NCBI GenBank assembly: GCA_016213235.1
Contig: JACRBE010000055.1
Coordinates: 9,936-73,935 of the forward strand
Source: Chlamydiales bacterium
Lineage (GTDB): Bacteria; Chlamydiota; Chlamydiia; Chlamydiales; JACRBE01
Direction: 5' to 3'
DNA length: 64,000 bases
The notes under the pieces were generated by a model that saw only the letters and a program-made list of their open reading frames with translations, made no database searches and was not told the origin of the DNA. Positions 45,683 to 54,559 of the stretch are shown piece after piece; positions within the stretch are counted from its first letter, which is position 1, and each line of letters starts with the position of its first letter. A program made the translations under genes and the position numbers.

Positions 45683-48085
45683 TCATGAATAAATCGCATC
45701 TTTTAAATGTATATTAAGATGGTGAATAATTTGTTCATGCGCTAATTCTACATTTTTTAATTCTATTGTTTTTTCTTTATCTCGATAAGTAAAGCGAAAG
45801 GTTGCATTTAATCGATCGCTGCCAAGTTTATCGCTTTTATAAATGTTCACCAGTTCCACATTTTCAAGGAGTGTAGAAGAAAAGGACCGAATACAATGAA
45901 ATACATTTTCCATTGCGAAATTACTATTTAGTGTAAAGGTTACATCACGAGTGGAAGAGGGAAAAATAGGCAAAGGATACATTTTGTGATTTTCATTAAA
46001 GATATGGTACAGTGTTTCTAAATCGATTTGTGCATAATAAACGGGATGTTTAAGGTCTTGCTTGCGTTGTATGGCTGGATGAATTTCTCCTATAACTCCT
46101 AACAGAGTTTCCCCACATGCAATAAGCCCCTGTCTTCCTGGATGGAATGTTGTAAGAGTAGAGTGTTGTAAATGAAATGGGTGTAATCGCAATAGAGAAA
46201 ATAAATTTTCTACTACTCCTTTTATATCATAAAAATCCACCATCTTAGATGGATCACTCCAATGGTCTGGAAAGCTACTTCCACTTAAAATAATACCAAT
46301 GCCCATCTTCTCTTTAAAATGGGATTCATCTTTAAAATGTAATTTGCCAATTTCAAATCCAGCAAGGGTAGTCTGTCCGTGGTTTTGATTAAGAGTGATG
46401 CTTTTGAGCAGACCAGAGATAAAATTCACACGAAGAGCGGATTGATCAATTGATTTAGCATGCAATACGTGAATCACTTCATGACCATTAGAAGAGGATT
46501 CAATGCCTATTGTTGCTTCTTCAGGGCTAATCAAATCACAAGTTAATAATTCCTGTAATCCTTGTTGCAATAAATAAGAGCGGATCTTCTTTTCAAACAG
46601 ATAGAGAGGATGATGTCCCATGTCAGATCCAACATATCGTGGATGAGTCATGGGAATGTTATTATACCCATAAATTCTGGCGATCTCTTCAATGATATCA
46701 ATTTCATATTGAATATCATTGCGATAAGAAGGAGGTATTGCTAAGTATTGATGATCTCCTAAGTATTTTACCTCAATATCTAGACGGGATAACAGAGATT
46801 CAATTTCATTAATACTAAGATGGATGCCGAGTATTCTGGTGATATTTTCCAGCGAGCCTTTAATGTTTTTTGCTTGATAAGCAATTGTAATAACCGAATG
46901 AACCCCTTGAGCAATCGTTGCTGAGCCATATTTTTGGATTAATGATACAGCGCGATCAAGTGCTATCTCAATACCTAATTTGTCTATACCTTTTTCAAAT
47001 CTAGCAGAAGATTCACTTCTAAGAGATAATGTTTTCATTGATTTGCGGATAGCGGAAGAATCAAAATGAGCCGATTCAATGATAATTTGAGAGGTGTTCT
47101 CATCGATACAAGAATTTTCACCTCCCATCACTCCGGCAATTGCAATGGGTGTTTTATCATCAAAAATCATTAGCATGCCAGCGGGAATATCTCTTGTCTC
47201 TTGATCTAGTGTTTTAAATGACGTTGCACTACTAGTTAATCCAACGCGAATTTTTTTATGTGCTAATTTAGTCGCATCGAAGGCATGCATCGGTTGGCCA
47301 CACTCCAACATAACGTAATTAAGTACATCCACTACAAGATGTTTTGGACGGATATTTACCTTTTCTAGCATTTGTTGCATCCAAAATGGTGTCACATGGT
47401 TTTTTATTCCATGCACATATCTACAGCTATATTGATGACATAAATGAGAATCATCGATTTGGATTTGTATGATATCTTTTGTGTGTTCATGAGAAGATTC
47501 TTCAAAGTGAATTTGAGGAAAATCAAGACCACTATTTAACAATGATTTTAATTCTCTTGCAAGTCCTAGCATGGACATGCAATGTCCCAAGTTAGGGGTG
47601 AGGCTGATTTCTAAGACTACATCATCAAACATAGCTTTTATATCTAATCCTAAGGGAGTGCCGATAGGCATCTGTAGTATACCACTATTATCATCACTAA
47701 TGCCAAGCTCAAAGGGAGAGCAAAGCATACCAAATGATTCGACACCTTTTAATGTAGCCTGCTTAATAACGATAGTTTCATCACTGCGCTTTAAAGTGCT
47801 GCCGATCTTAGCAAATGCTGTAATAAGATCTTGTTTGCAATTTTTCGCAGCGCAAACCACTTGCACGGTGTGCGTCCCATCAAAAACATGAGCAATTGTC
47901 AAATGATTTGCTGTAGGATGAGGCTCTGTTTTTACTATTTTTGCCGATACAATTCCTGCTATAGGTAATTGTGTCTGATAAATAAAATCTACTTCTAATC
48001 CTGCTAAAGTAAATAGACGGCTAAGTTCCTCTGGAGTTTGATAGATAGAAATGAATTGTTTTAACCAAGATAAAGGTGCTTTCAT
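45683..48085 (-). CDS. pheT: Phenylalanine--tRNA ligase beta subunit.
   Basis: 800 aa. The N-terminus is MKAPLSWLKQFI and the layout is tRNA-binding, B3/B4, B5 and FDX-ACB. Confidence 0.95.
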   Translation of the reverse strand: MKAPLSWLKQFISIYQTPEELSRLFTLAGLEVDFIYQTQLPIAGIVSAKIVKTEPHPTANHLTIAHVFDGTHTVQVVCAAKNCKQDLITAFAKIGSTLKRSDETIVIKQATLKGVESFGMLCSPFELGISDDNSGILQMPIGTPLGLDIKAMFDDVVLEISLTPNLGHCMSMLGLARELKSLLNSGLDFPQIHFEESSHEHTKDIIQIQIDDSHLCHQYSCRYVHGIKNHVTPFWMQQMLEKVNIRPKHLVVDVLNYVMLECGQPMHAFDATKLAHKKIRVGLTSSATSFKTLDQETRDIPAGMLMIFDDKTPIAIAGVMGGENSCIDENTSQIIIESAHFDSSAIRKSMKTLSLRSESSARFEKGIDKLGIEIALDRAVSLIQKYGSATIAQGVHSVITIAYQAKNIKGSLENITRILGIHLSINEIESLLSRLDIEVKYLGDHQYLAIPPSYRNDIQYEIDIIEEIARIYGYNNIPMTHPRYVGSDMGHHPLYLFEKKIRSYLLQQGLQELLTCDLISPEEATIGIESSSNGHEVIHVLHAKSIDQSALRVNFISGLLKSITLNQNHGQTTLAGFEIGKLHFKDESHFKEKMGIGIILSGSSFPDHWSDPSKMVDFYDIKGVVENLFSLLRLHPFHLQHSTLTTFHPGRQGLIACGETLLGVIGEIHPAIQRKQDLKHPVYYAQIDLETLYHIFNENHKMYPLPIFPSSTRDVTFTLNSNFAMENVFHCIRSFSSTLLENVELVNIYKSDKLGSDRLNATFRFTYRDKEKTIELKNVELAHEQIIHHLNIHLKDAIYS

Positions 48086-48215
48086 AAGGAGTTCTCAAAT
48101 TTTTGATGAAAATTATAGCTTAAGTGTTCATTATACATCTAATGATGTTTAAAGGTTATTACCTGCAAAAGAGCCCATTATAAACAATAATTTCTTTTAT
48201 CAAAACGACAAATCT

Positions 48216-49460
48216 ATGGAAAAAAAGCCTTTTGAAAAAACCTGGCAGAAAAAATCTCGTTTTTTAACGCATGCCCTTTTGATTAGTGGGGGCTTAAATA
48301 TTGGGCTTTTATCTACGTTCGCTTATTTTGCTTTTTCTAAAAATCATCGAGTACAATTAGAAAAATCACAAAAAGAAATATCTGTTTCAGAAACAAACGC
48401 AGAGGTTATCAAATCTTTTTTTCAATCTTCCTTTGATGAGCTTGTATTTGAATTGCAAAATACAAAGTTGCTGGAAAATGGTTATAAAAAACGGGATCTT
48501 GCTCTTGCATACCTTGTAGATTATCACTATCTGAATCTAGATCAGGCTCTATCTGGGTACTCTTACCAAAAAAGATGGATGACATTTTTGAACCATGATG
48601 GGGGTGAGAAATTTGAGTTAATGGTCTACCCGGGATTAAAAGATGAGCATTTCCATAGTATTATAACCTTCATACAAAAAGAAAAATGGCCATTTACAGC
48701 AGAAGGTCTTTACTATGAGATTTGTTGTCAAAAACATGACATTAGTAATGAACTGAAAGATGCTTTTTATTCTACTCCATATTTCTACGCTGTTTATACA
48801 CTATTATCTAGGGCAGAGAGTTCTATATCTCGAGAAGAGGTGCTAGCAATGATTATAGAAGGGGAGTGGAGTGATTTAGAAAACTCTTATTTGAAACAAC
48901 GTATTTACCCTGATCTTGGGGTAGAAGAGCGGATACAGCTGCTCCATCAATATGTATTAAAATCCTCGAAAATAGCGGCCTATTTGCTTGTTCGATTAGA
49001 TACGGAATATGCCATCAAAAAAATGTCAGATAAAGATTTATTGAAGGTAATCTCTTTGTTAAAAGTAAAAAACTCTACCACTTCCCAATTTTTAAAACAG
49101 TTGCTTATTTCGATTCGATCTGACGATATTCACATAGCCACAGCAAAAAAACTGTATCAATTAGAAGGGATGGTTATTCCAGATCCGTTTGATTATCAAA
49201 GAGCTCTTATTGATTTTTTGCCTGCTATTGTCTCCAAACAACAACATCTAAATACCTATACAAAAGATCCTATTAACGAGGCAATCAAGCAATATAACCA
49301 AGAAGATGCTTTTATCATGCATGTAGTAAAAGAGGGGGATTCGCTCTGGAAGATTGCCAAATTTTATAACATAGATATCAATCGTATTATTCAATACAAT
49401 AAATTATCCAAACAACAAACACTTTCTGTTGGTAAAAAACTGAAAATTCCTAAAAAATAG
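48216..49460 (+). CDS. Membrane-anchored LysM-domain protein.
   Basis: The N-terminal TM is FLTHALLISGGLNIGLLSTFAYFAF. The C-terminal LysM is HVVKEGDSLWKIAKFYNIDINRIIQYNKL...LKIP. Confidence 0.8.
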   Translation: MEKKPFEKTWQKKSRFLTHALLISGGLNIGLLSTFAYFAFSKNHRVQLEKSQKEISVSETNAEVIKSFFQSSFDELVFELQNTKLLENGYKKRDLALAYLVDYHYLNLDQALSGYSYQKRWMTFLNHDGGEKFELMVYPGLKDEHFHSIITFIQKEKWPFTAEGLYYEICCQKHDISNELKDAFYSTPYFYAVYTLLSRAESSISREEVLAMIIEGEWSDLENSYLKQRIYPDLGVEERIQLLHQYVLKSSKIAAYLLVRLDTEYAIKKMSDKDLLKVISLLKVKNSTTSQFLKQLLISIRSDDIHIATAKKLYQLEGMVIPDPFDYQRALIDFLPAIVSKQQHLNTYTKDPINEAIKQYNQEDAFIMHVVKEGDSLWKIAKFYNIDINRIIQYNKLSKQQTLSVGKKLKIPKK

Positions 49461-49757
49461 TTAAGAAGACCTGTCTTTTTTAAAGCAAAAATATTGAAGA
49501 AAAGATTGTGGTGCCGGGTCATAGCCACCGGGGTGCCAGGGAAAGCATTTAAACAAGCGTGTGATTGTTAAAATACTCCCCTTAATAAATCCGTGATTTT
49601 TAATTACCTCTATAGCAAAATCGGAGCAACTTGGATAAAACCTGCAATGTTTTCCAAGTAGTGGACTGAACATCGTTTTGTAAATATTAATAACAAGTAC
49701 AGCGGCATATTTTGGTATGGACACTAGTAAGGTAATAATCGTTAGTTTTTTTTGCAT
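49461..49757 (-). CDS. yidD: Membrane protein insertion efficiency factor YidD.
   Basis: IYKTMFSPLLGKHCRFYPSCSDFAIEVIKNHG. Confidence 0.85.
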   Translation of the reverse strand: MQKKLTIITLLVSIPKYAAVLVINIYKTMFSPLLGKHCRFYPSCSDFAIEVIKNHGFIKGSILTITRLFKCFPWHPGGYDPAPQSFLQYFCFKKDRSS

Positions 49758-50772
49758 TTATTTTTCAGCAATCTTTGGACAGGTAATAGAAATTGTACCA
49801 CCGTCTCATGACTCGCTGCAAACCTTTTTTAGCAATGATAATAATACTGCCTATGAACAACTTGATTTTTGGAGCAAGGTACAATACAAACTAGAGCAAA
49901 AAGGGCATTATATTTACACAACAGATCTAAGCGATATACCAAGAAAAAGAAAAAAGATAGATAAATATCTACCATGGAAAAAATTAAAACAGGATGTAGA
50001 TAAAATTCTTGTTATCAATTTGCCTTATTATATGCACTCTCAAAAGATATATAATCTTCCTAAAGAAAAATTAATTTTATTTATGCTGGAACCGCCCAGC
50101 ATTATCCCTCAGCAATATGATATGAGAAAAATGAAAAAGCATTTTCATAAAATTTTTACATTTGACGATTCACTGGTAGATAATAAAACGGTATTTCAGT
50201 TTTATTATCCTGTATGCAATGCCAAAATATGTCAAAAAGTAGCGTTTCATGAGAAAAAATTTCTTTGTACTATTTCTGCAAATAAATCTTCTCCTCATCC
50301 TGATGAATTATATATGGAGAGAAAAAAAGCAATTGGTTTTTTTGATAAGCTACCTAAAGGAACATTTGATTTATATGGTATCGATTGGGAAAAAGAAAAT
50401 TATAAAAATTACAAGGGAAAGGTTAACAATAAAATCGATGTTATGCAAAACTATAAATTTTCGATTTGTTATGAAAATATCGCTCATGTGCATGGTTATA
50501 TAACGGAAAAAATATTTGATTCGTTTCAAGCTGGGTGTGTTCCTGTTTATCTTGGAGCAGAAAATATTACCGATTATATCCCGGCAAACTGCTTCATTGA
50601 TAAACGTAACTTTGATACCTATGACGAGCTGGTTTTATTTCTTCAATCGATAGATGAAGCAACGTATTTGGAGTATATTAAACATATCGATGAGTTTTTA
50701 TCCTCAGAGAAAGGACAAAAATATAACCCGGAAAATCTAATTAATTTGCTTGTAGAAGCAGCAAGCTCTTGA
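49717..50772 (+). CDS. Glycosyltransferase family 10 (alpha-1,3/4-fucosyltransferase-like).
   Basis: YKFSICYENIAHVHGYITEKIFDSFQAGCVPVYLG matches the conserved GT10 FucT motif. The annotated start overlaps the yidD start by 41 nt on the opposite strand, so one of the two starts is uncertain. Confidence 0.75.
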   Translation: MDTSKVIIVSFFCIYFSAIFGQVIEIVPPSHDSLQTFFSNDNNTAYEQLDFWSKVQYKLEQKGHYIYTTDLSDIPRKRKKIDKYLPWKKLKQDVDKILVINLPYYMHSQKIYNLPKEKLILFMLEPPSIIPQQYDMRKMKKHFHKIFTFDDSLVDNKTVFQFYYPVCNAKICQKVAFHEKKFLCTISANKSSPHPDELYMERKKAIGFFDKLPKGTFDLYGIDWEKENYKNYKGKVNNKIDVMQNYKFSICYENIAHVHGYITEKIFDSFQAGCVPVYLGAENITDYIPANCFIDKRNFDTYDELVLFLQSIDEATYLEYIKHIDEFLSSEKGQKYNPENLINLLVEAASS

Positions 50773-50807
50773 ATAATAGAACAAAAATAAGTATACTACC
50801 CCTCTTT

Positions 50808-50889
50808 GCGAAGGTGGTGGAATTGGTAGACACGCTACTTTGAGGTGGTAGTGGGGAAACCTGTGAGGGTTCGAGTCCCTCCTTTCGCA
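50808..50889 (+). tRNA. tRNA-Leu (anticodon GAG).
   Basis: The sequence is GCGAAGGTGGTGGAATTGGTAGACACGCTACTTTGAGGTGGTAGTGGGGAAACCTGTGAGGGTTCGAGTCCCTCCTTTCGCA, with a long variable arm and anticodon loop TTGAGGT. Confidence 0.85.
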
Positions 50890-50894
50890 TTTCA

Positions 50895-50935
50895 CCGGAC
50901 AAAGCCTTTGTAAAGAGCATTTGTCCGGTTTTTTT
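50895..50935 (+). terminator. Rho-independent terminator after tRNA-Leu.
   Basis: Stem ccggacaaa / tttgtccgg followed by T7. Confidence 0.75.
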
Positions 50936-50993
50936 CGTTCTCTAACCATTTGTTTTTCTGTAAGATAAGTGCAAGTGTCGAGTTCAGCGGGGT

Positions 50994-51254
50994 GTGATTC
51001 ACAAGCATCATGTGCTTATTAAGGAATCCTCATTTAATACGATGATGGAATATAAAGGACGTTTAGGGTTTTGGGTAGATCATGATCAAGAAACCGATGC
51101 CGTCGCAGGATATGGCCATCCAGGGGGCAGTCCAGGGATGTCTTCATTTCTCCATACTTGGCAGACCAATCCTCCTATTACTGCAGTAGTATTGTCTAAC
51201 TACTCTGAGTGTGAAATGGTCAAGCCAGAGTTTGATAAATTTATGGAGCAGTAA
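50994..51254 (+). pseudogene. C-terminal fragment of a beta-lactamase-family serine hydrolase.
   Basis: GYGHPGGSPGMSSFLHTWQTNPPITAVVLSN resembles the C-terminal HxG region of class C beta-lactamase-like proteins. No N-terminal SxxK part is present. Confidence 0.4.
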
Positions 51255-51292
51255 GTCTTTTTTCATTACCAGGATGTAAATTATTTTCTTTT

Positions 51293-52145
51293 CTAATCTT
51301 TGCCGCAATCTTCATTTTGGATGCTCGGTAACACGGGAGGCAAATAATTTTCGTTAGAAACTACTTTTTTCTGAGTTTTTTCCTCTAGTTCCAGTCGCGC
51401 TTTTTTTGCGATATTACCACCTGTTTTTGCGGCAGTTTTATTTTCAACCATACCGGTGGCATCAGTGCTTTCAGCAATCTGTCTTGTAGATAGCTCCGCT
51501 AAAGCAGTAAAAATAAGCTCAGCTTCGCTCATGTGATCACGTAGGTTTTGACTCTTTAAACATTTAAGATTTTTGTGCTGCTTGACTGTTATATCTGTCC
51601 ATTCCTGATGAATGATATTGGTAAGGATGGCAAACTCTTTATTTTCCTTGATGTCATGATCTTTCCAGTAGTCAGTGAGCTTGTTGCGAGTCTCTTGACC
51701 CATCATGCGTTGTTGAATCCATTTTTCACTTCGCCCATGTTTTTGCCACGTTTCTCTGGCTCTATCCAATGATCTTTCTGGATCAGTCATTTCCTGGATA
51801 CGTTCATATCCTACTTTTGCTAACCAGAGCTTTATCGGTTCTGCTTTAGGGCTTGGGACCGATTGGATGAGGCGCAAGATGGTTTCAGTATCGGCCAACG
51901 TCTGTTAGGTATTTCTTACCATCAGCTGCTTCCAATTTCAGTTGGTTACATTTTGTAACCGACTCACTGCCTTCTTTATTGAGCCTATTTTTTAAGACTT
52001 TCTAATAGTTTCTAGCGGATTGAAAATCAGGTTGTTGAGTCAGGACTTGGATGATGTCTACTACCGAAAAATACCAAGTTTCGGTCTCTTCGTCATAAAG
52101 ACGGCGTATTTTATAATCTTCAAATACGATCAGGTCATTTTTCAT
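51293..52145 (-). pseudogene. Bro-N/DinD-like (phage antirepressor-type) gene, inactivated by an in-frame TAG and a frameshift.
   Basis: The minus strand from ATG 52145 reads MKNDLIVFEDYKIRRLYDEETETWYFSVVDIIQVLTQQPDFQSARNY*KVLKNRLNKEGSESVTKCNQLKLEAADGKKYLTDV. The TAG is at 52002-52004. The frame then shifts near 51900 into ADTETILRLIQSVPSPKAEPIKLWLAKVGYERIQE... (track ORF 51293..51898). Confidence 0.65.
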
Positions 52146-52399
52146 AAATCAAATTCCATAAGAGTTTGTGTCAGTATAGATGCAAAAGCGGATTCTCTTC
52201 AAAGAATAACCTTACGTTTAACTGGCGAAGAACGAATGGCATTCAATGCCTATTTTTACATCCTCCCCCTTCACCCCCTCCTGGAGGAGGTTCTATATAT
52301 GTAAAGGAGGTAAGAGGAGAAGCGAATATGTGGCTTTCTCTGGCTAAGAAGCTCTTTTGTATCCTTTTAGCCCTTTATTCATTGATTCGATAGGGGGTA

Positions 52400-52849
52400 A
52401 TCCCATTTTTATAAAGGGTTCAAGCTCATAGAGTTTGCGCATTCTCTCGACAAAGTGGTTCGATAATTTCCATTCTCAAAAACCAGTTTTTCAGTGAATA
52501 TCGAACCAAGAGGTTTTTTTCTAACGTATGGGGATACATGAGGTTTTCAATAGACGTGTCGGTTTATGTTATTTTCTTTGCCTGGCTCTGTGCCATAGCG
52601 TTACAAAAAGATGGGAAATTGCAGGGATTTTCCTTTGGGGTCCACCTCATTCCTTATCTTAAAAGGGCTCGCCGATGAGCTAATGCCCAGATTATTAGCT
52701 GCTTGCTTTTGTTATCCAGCTGAATAAAAACCTTTGATCTCTCTAATCCTTTAATACTCATATTGATAGTCCATTCCATGGTTGTTTTTACCTCAAAGTA
52801 AATAAGCCTTTAATTACAGGAAAGGGACATTTTTAAAAAACGCTTACAA
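52400..52849 (-). mobile_element. Decayed copy of the same IS as 37668..37995, in inverted orientation. The left boundary is uncertain.
   Basis: The reverse complement of 52740-52849 matches 37668-37790 (ttgtaagcgttttttaaaaatgtccctttc...ggaggtaaaaacaaccatgga...atgagtat(c/t)aaag). The HTH reading frame is disrupted by deletions and stops. Confidence 0.6.
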
Positions 52850-53012
52850 TAATAATTTTGATATTTTAATAAACTGAAATTGTTAGTATAATGTTTTTTA
52901 TTGCGAATAAAAACTATCTATTGCAGATTTCTTATTAATAGCAATAAATGCGGTTGTTGTCTGTTTAAATGAGTAGCTGCATGAAGCAAGAATAATGAAG
53001 TAAGGATGAAAA

Positions 53013-54452
53013 ATGGAGTCAGTAAGTCCTGTCACGCTACCGGCTGCAAGGCCTATAGCGCTTGAAACGTTAGAAGATAAACGGGCCTCTTGTCATCGAG
53101 CCCTACAACGTATGATTACAACAATGAGTGCTCTGGACGGATTGACGCGCCCTCGTTTGGATGAGATTAACCAGTTGGCTCAAGAAGCCATCAAATTAAG
53201 CCAACCAGACGAGAGTCTCAGCTTAGAATTACCAAGAACAACAGATAATGCCTTAGCGATGGTAGGAGATGACCTACTCAGGATAACGAATCTTGCTTGT
53301 AGAATAATTGAAGGACATTTAGGAGATCCTACCTATTCTTTTCGTTTGCCAAAGGAAACCATGGCGGTCTTAGCCTCAGAAGAGCAAGGCGTTGATCCCT
53401 TTCATGTGATTAAAGCTCTTGGAAATGGGATTGGAGGCAGTGTCTCTGAAGTGGAAGTTAATGGCTCACATTATGCATTGAAAATACCTTCTTCTAGTCG
53501 TGCAAGAGAAGAAATGGAAAAAGGTTTTATGTGGACACTCGGCCTAAGTAGGAAATATGTCCCTGAGATTAGCTATATAGGATCAAGAGGGGAATTAATG
53601 GAGCTTGGTAATAGTCCATTATACCAATTATTTAGTAGAGAGAGCAAGGCTATTGTTGGCGAGAAGCGTAGAGCAAATTTGCCAAAGCTCCCATTGATAA
53701 TTATGGAGATATTGCAAACTCTCGAAGAGTCTCATAGCAAAGGTATTGTGCATTGCGACATAAAACCGGCCAATATTGTATTGTTTGGCGATCATGTAAA
53801 ATTGATTGATTGGGATTTTGCGGAGGTATTTCCAAATAAGGTGATAATGAGAGGTTCTGCAAGTTATATGTCACCGGAAGTCGTAGCCAGAAAAGAGGCG
53901 ATAGCTACCTATTCCAAACGGGATATGTGGGCTTTAGGCTCTAGTTTAATGGAATTAATTGCCGGATATTGTAATCCATTTAGGCAAAGAGTTTATGGTC
54001 AATATAGCGAAGAAGCTACCTTACAATTTATAGAAAATCTAAGACGGTATCCTGATTGGACAACAGAAATCGCTATTCCCGCATATACAACTTTTGAAGA
54101 CTGGAAAGAGCCCATGCTGATGTTGGCAGAATCGATTCTTGCTTTGCAGCTGGAAAAACAGGGAAAAACAAAAGCAGATGTCCAAGAAGAGGGATGGAAT
54201 GAAGCAAAAGAGGCATTAATTGTGAATTATGAAGGACGGGTAGTAAATCTGCTGAAGGGGTTATTGCAAGTTGACCCATCCAAGCGTCTATCAGCGCGAG
54301 AGGCAATAGCTTTGATGTCAATGGATGCATTTCTACAACATCAAGTCGATACGTTGATTGCAAAAGGGGCTCCTGTTAGCGCAGATGCCAAGGCCTCCTT
54401 AGCTATTTTACCAGACAGTGAAGAACGTGGCAGCCACAGTGATTTGATCTAA
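53013..54452 (+). CDS. Eukaryotic-like Ser/Thr protein kinase (paralog 2).
   Basis: Motifs GNGIGGSVSEV, YALKIPS, HCDIKPANIVL, LIDWDFA and YMSPE. It shares the N-terminal helical region with 36262..37593 (YSFRLPKETMAVL versus FAFHIPEDTLFIL). Confidence 0.85.
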   Translation: MESVSPVTLPAARPIALETLEDKRASCHRALQRMITTMSALDGLTRPRLDEINQLAQEAIKLSQPDESLSLELPRTTDNALAMVGDDLLRITNLACRIIEGHLGDPTYSFRLPKETMAVLASEEQGVDPFHVIKALGNGIGGSVSEVEVNGSHYALKIPSSSRAREEMEKGFMWTLGLSRKYVPEISYIGSRGELMELGNSPLYQLFSRESKAIVGEKRRANLPKLPLIIMEILQTLEESHSKGIVHCDIKPANIVLFGDHVKLIDWDFAEVFPNKVIMRGSASYMSPEVVARKEAIATYSKRDMWALGSSLMELIAGYCNPFRQRVYGQYSEEATLQFIENLRRYPDWTTEIAIPAYTTFEDWKEPMLMLAESILALQLEKQGKTKADVQEEGWNEAKEALIVNYEGRVVNLLKGLLQVDPSKRLSAREAIALMSMDAFLQHQVDTLIAKGAPVSADAKASLAILPDSEERGSHSDLI

Positions 54453-54523
54453 TTAATTGATAATAAATAATATGCATTTTATTATTAATTACAATAATTA
54501 TTATTACTTTAAATTTATTTTTG

Positions 54524-54532
54524 TGTTATAAT
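54524..54532 (+). promoter_or_regulatory. Extended -10 TGTTATAAT upstream of 54560..55612.
   Basis: tgttataattaggtctaaaaaaac is paralogous to tgttataatcaggtcaaaaataagg at 56905. Confidence 0.5.
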
Positions 54533-54559
54533 TAGGTCTAAAAAAACAAAAGATAATTT

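Noticed and set aside
52020-52393. Track ORFs 52020..52304 and 52166..52393 (plus strand).
   Set aside because: They lie over the reconstructed Bro-N pseudogene 5' end and adjacent junk DNA. They include a low-complexity PPPSPPPGGG stretch generated by the palindrome ccctcctggaggagg. They are likely non-coding.
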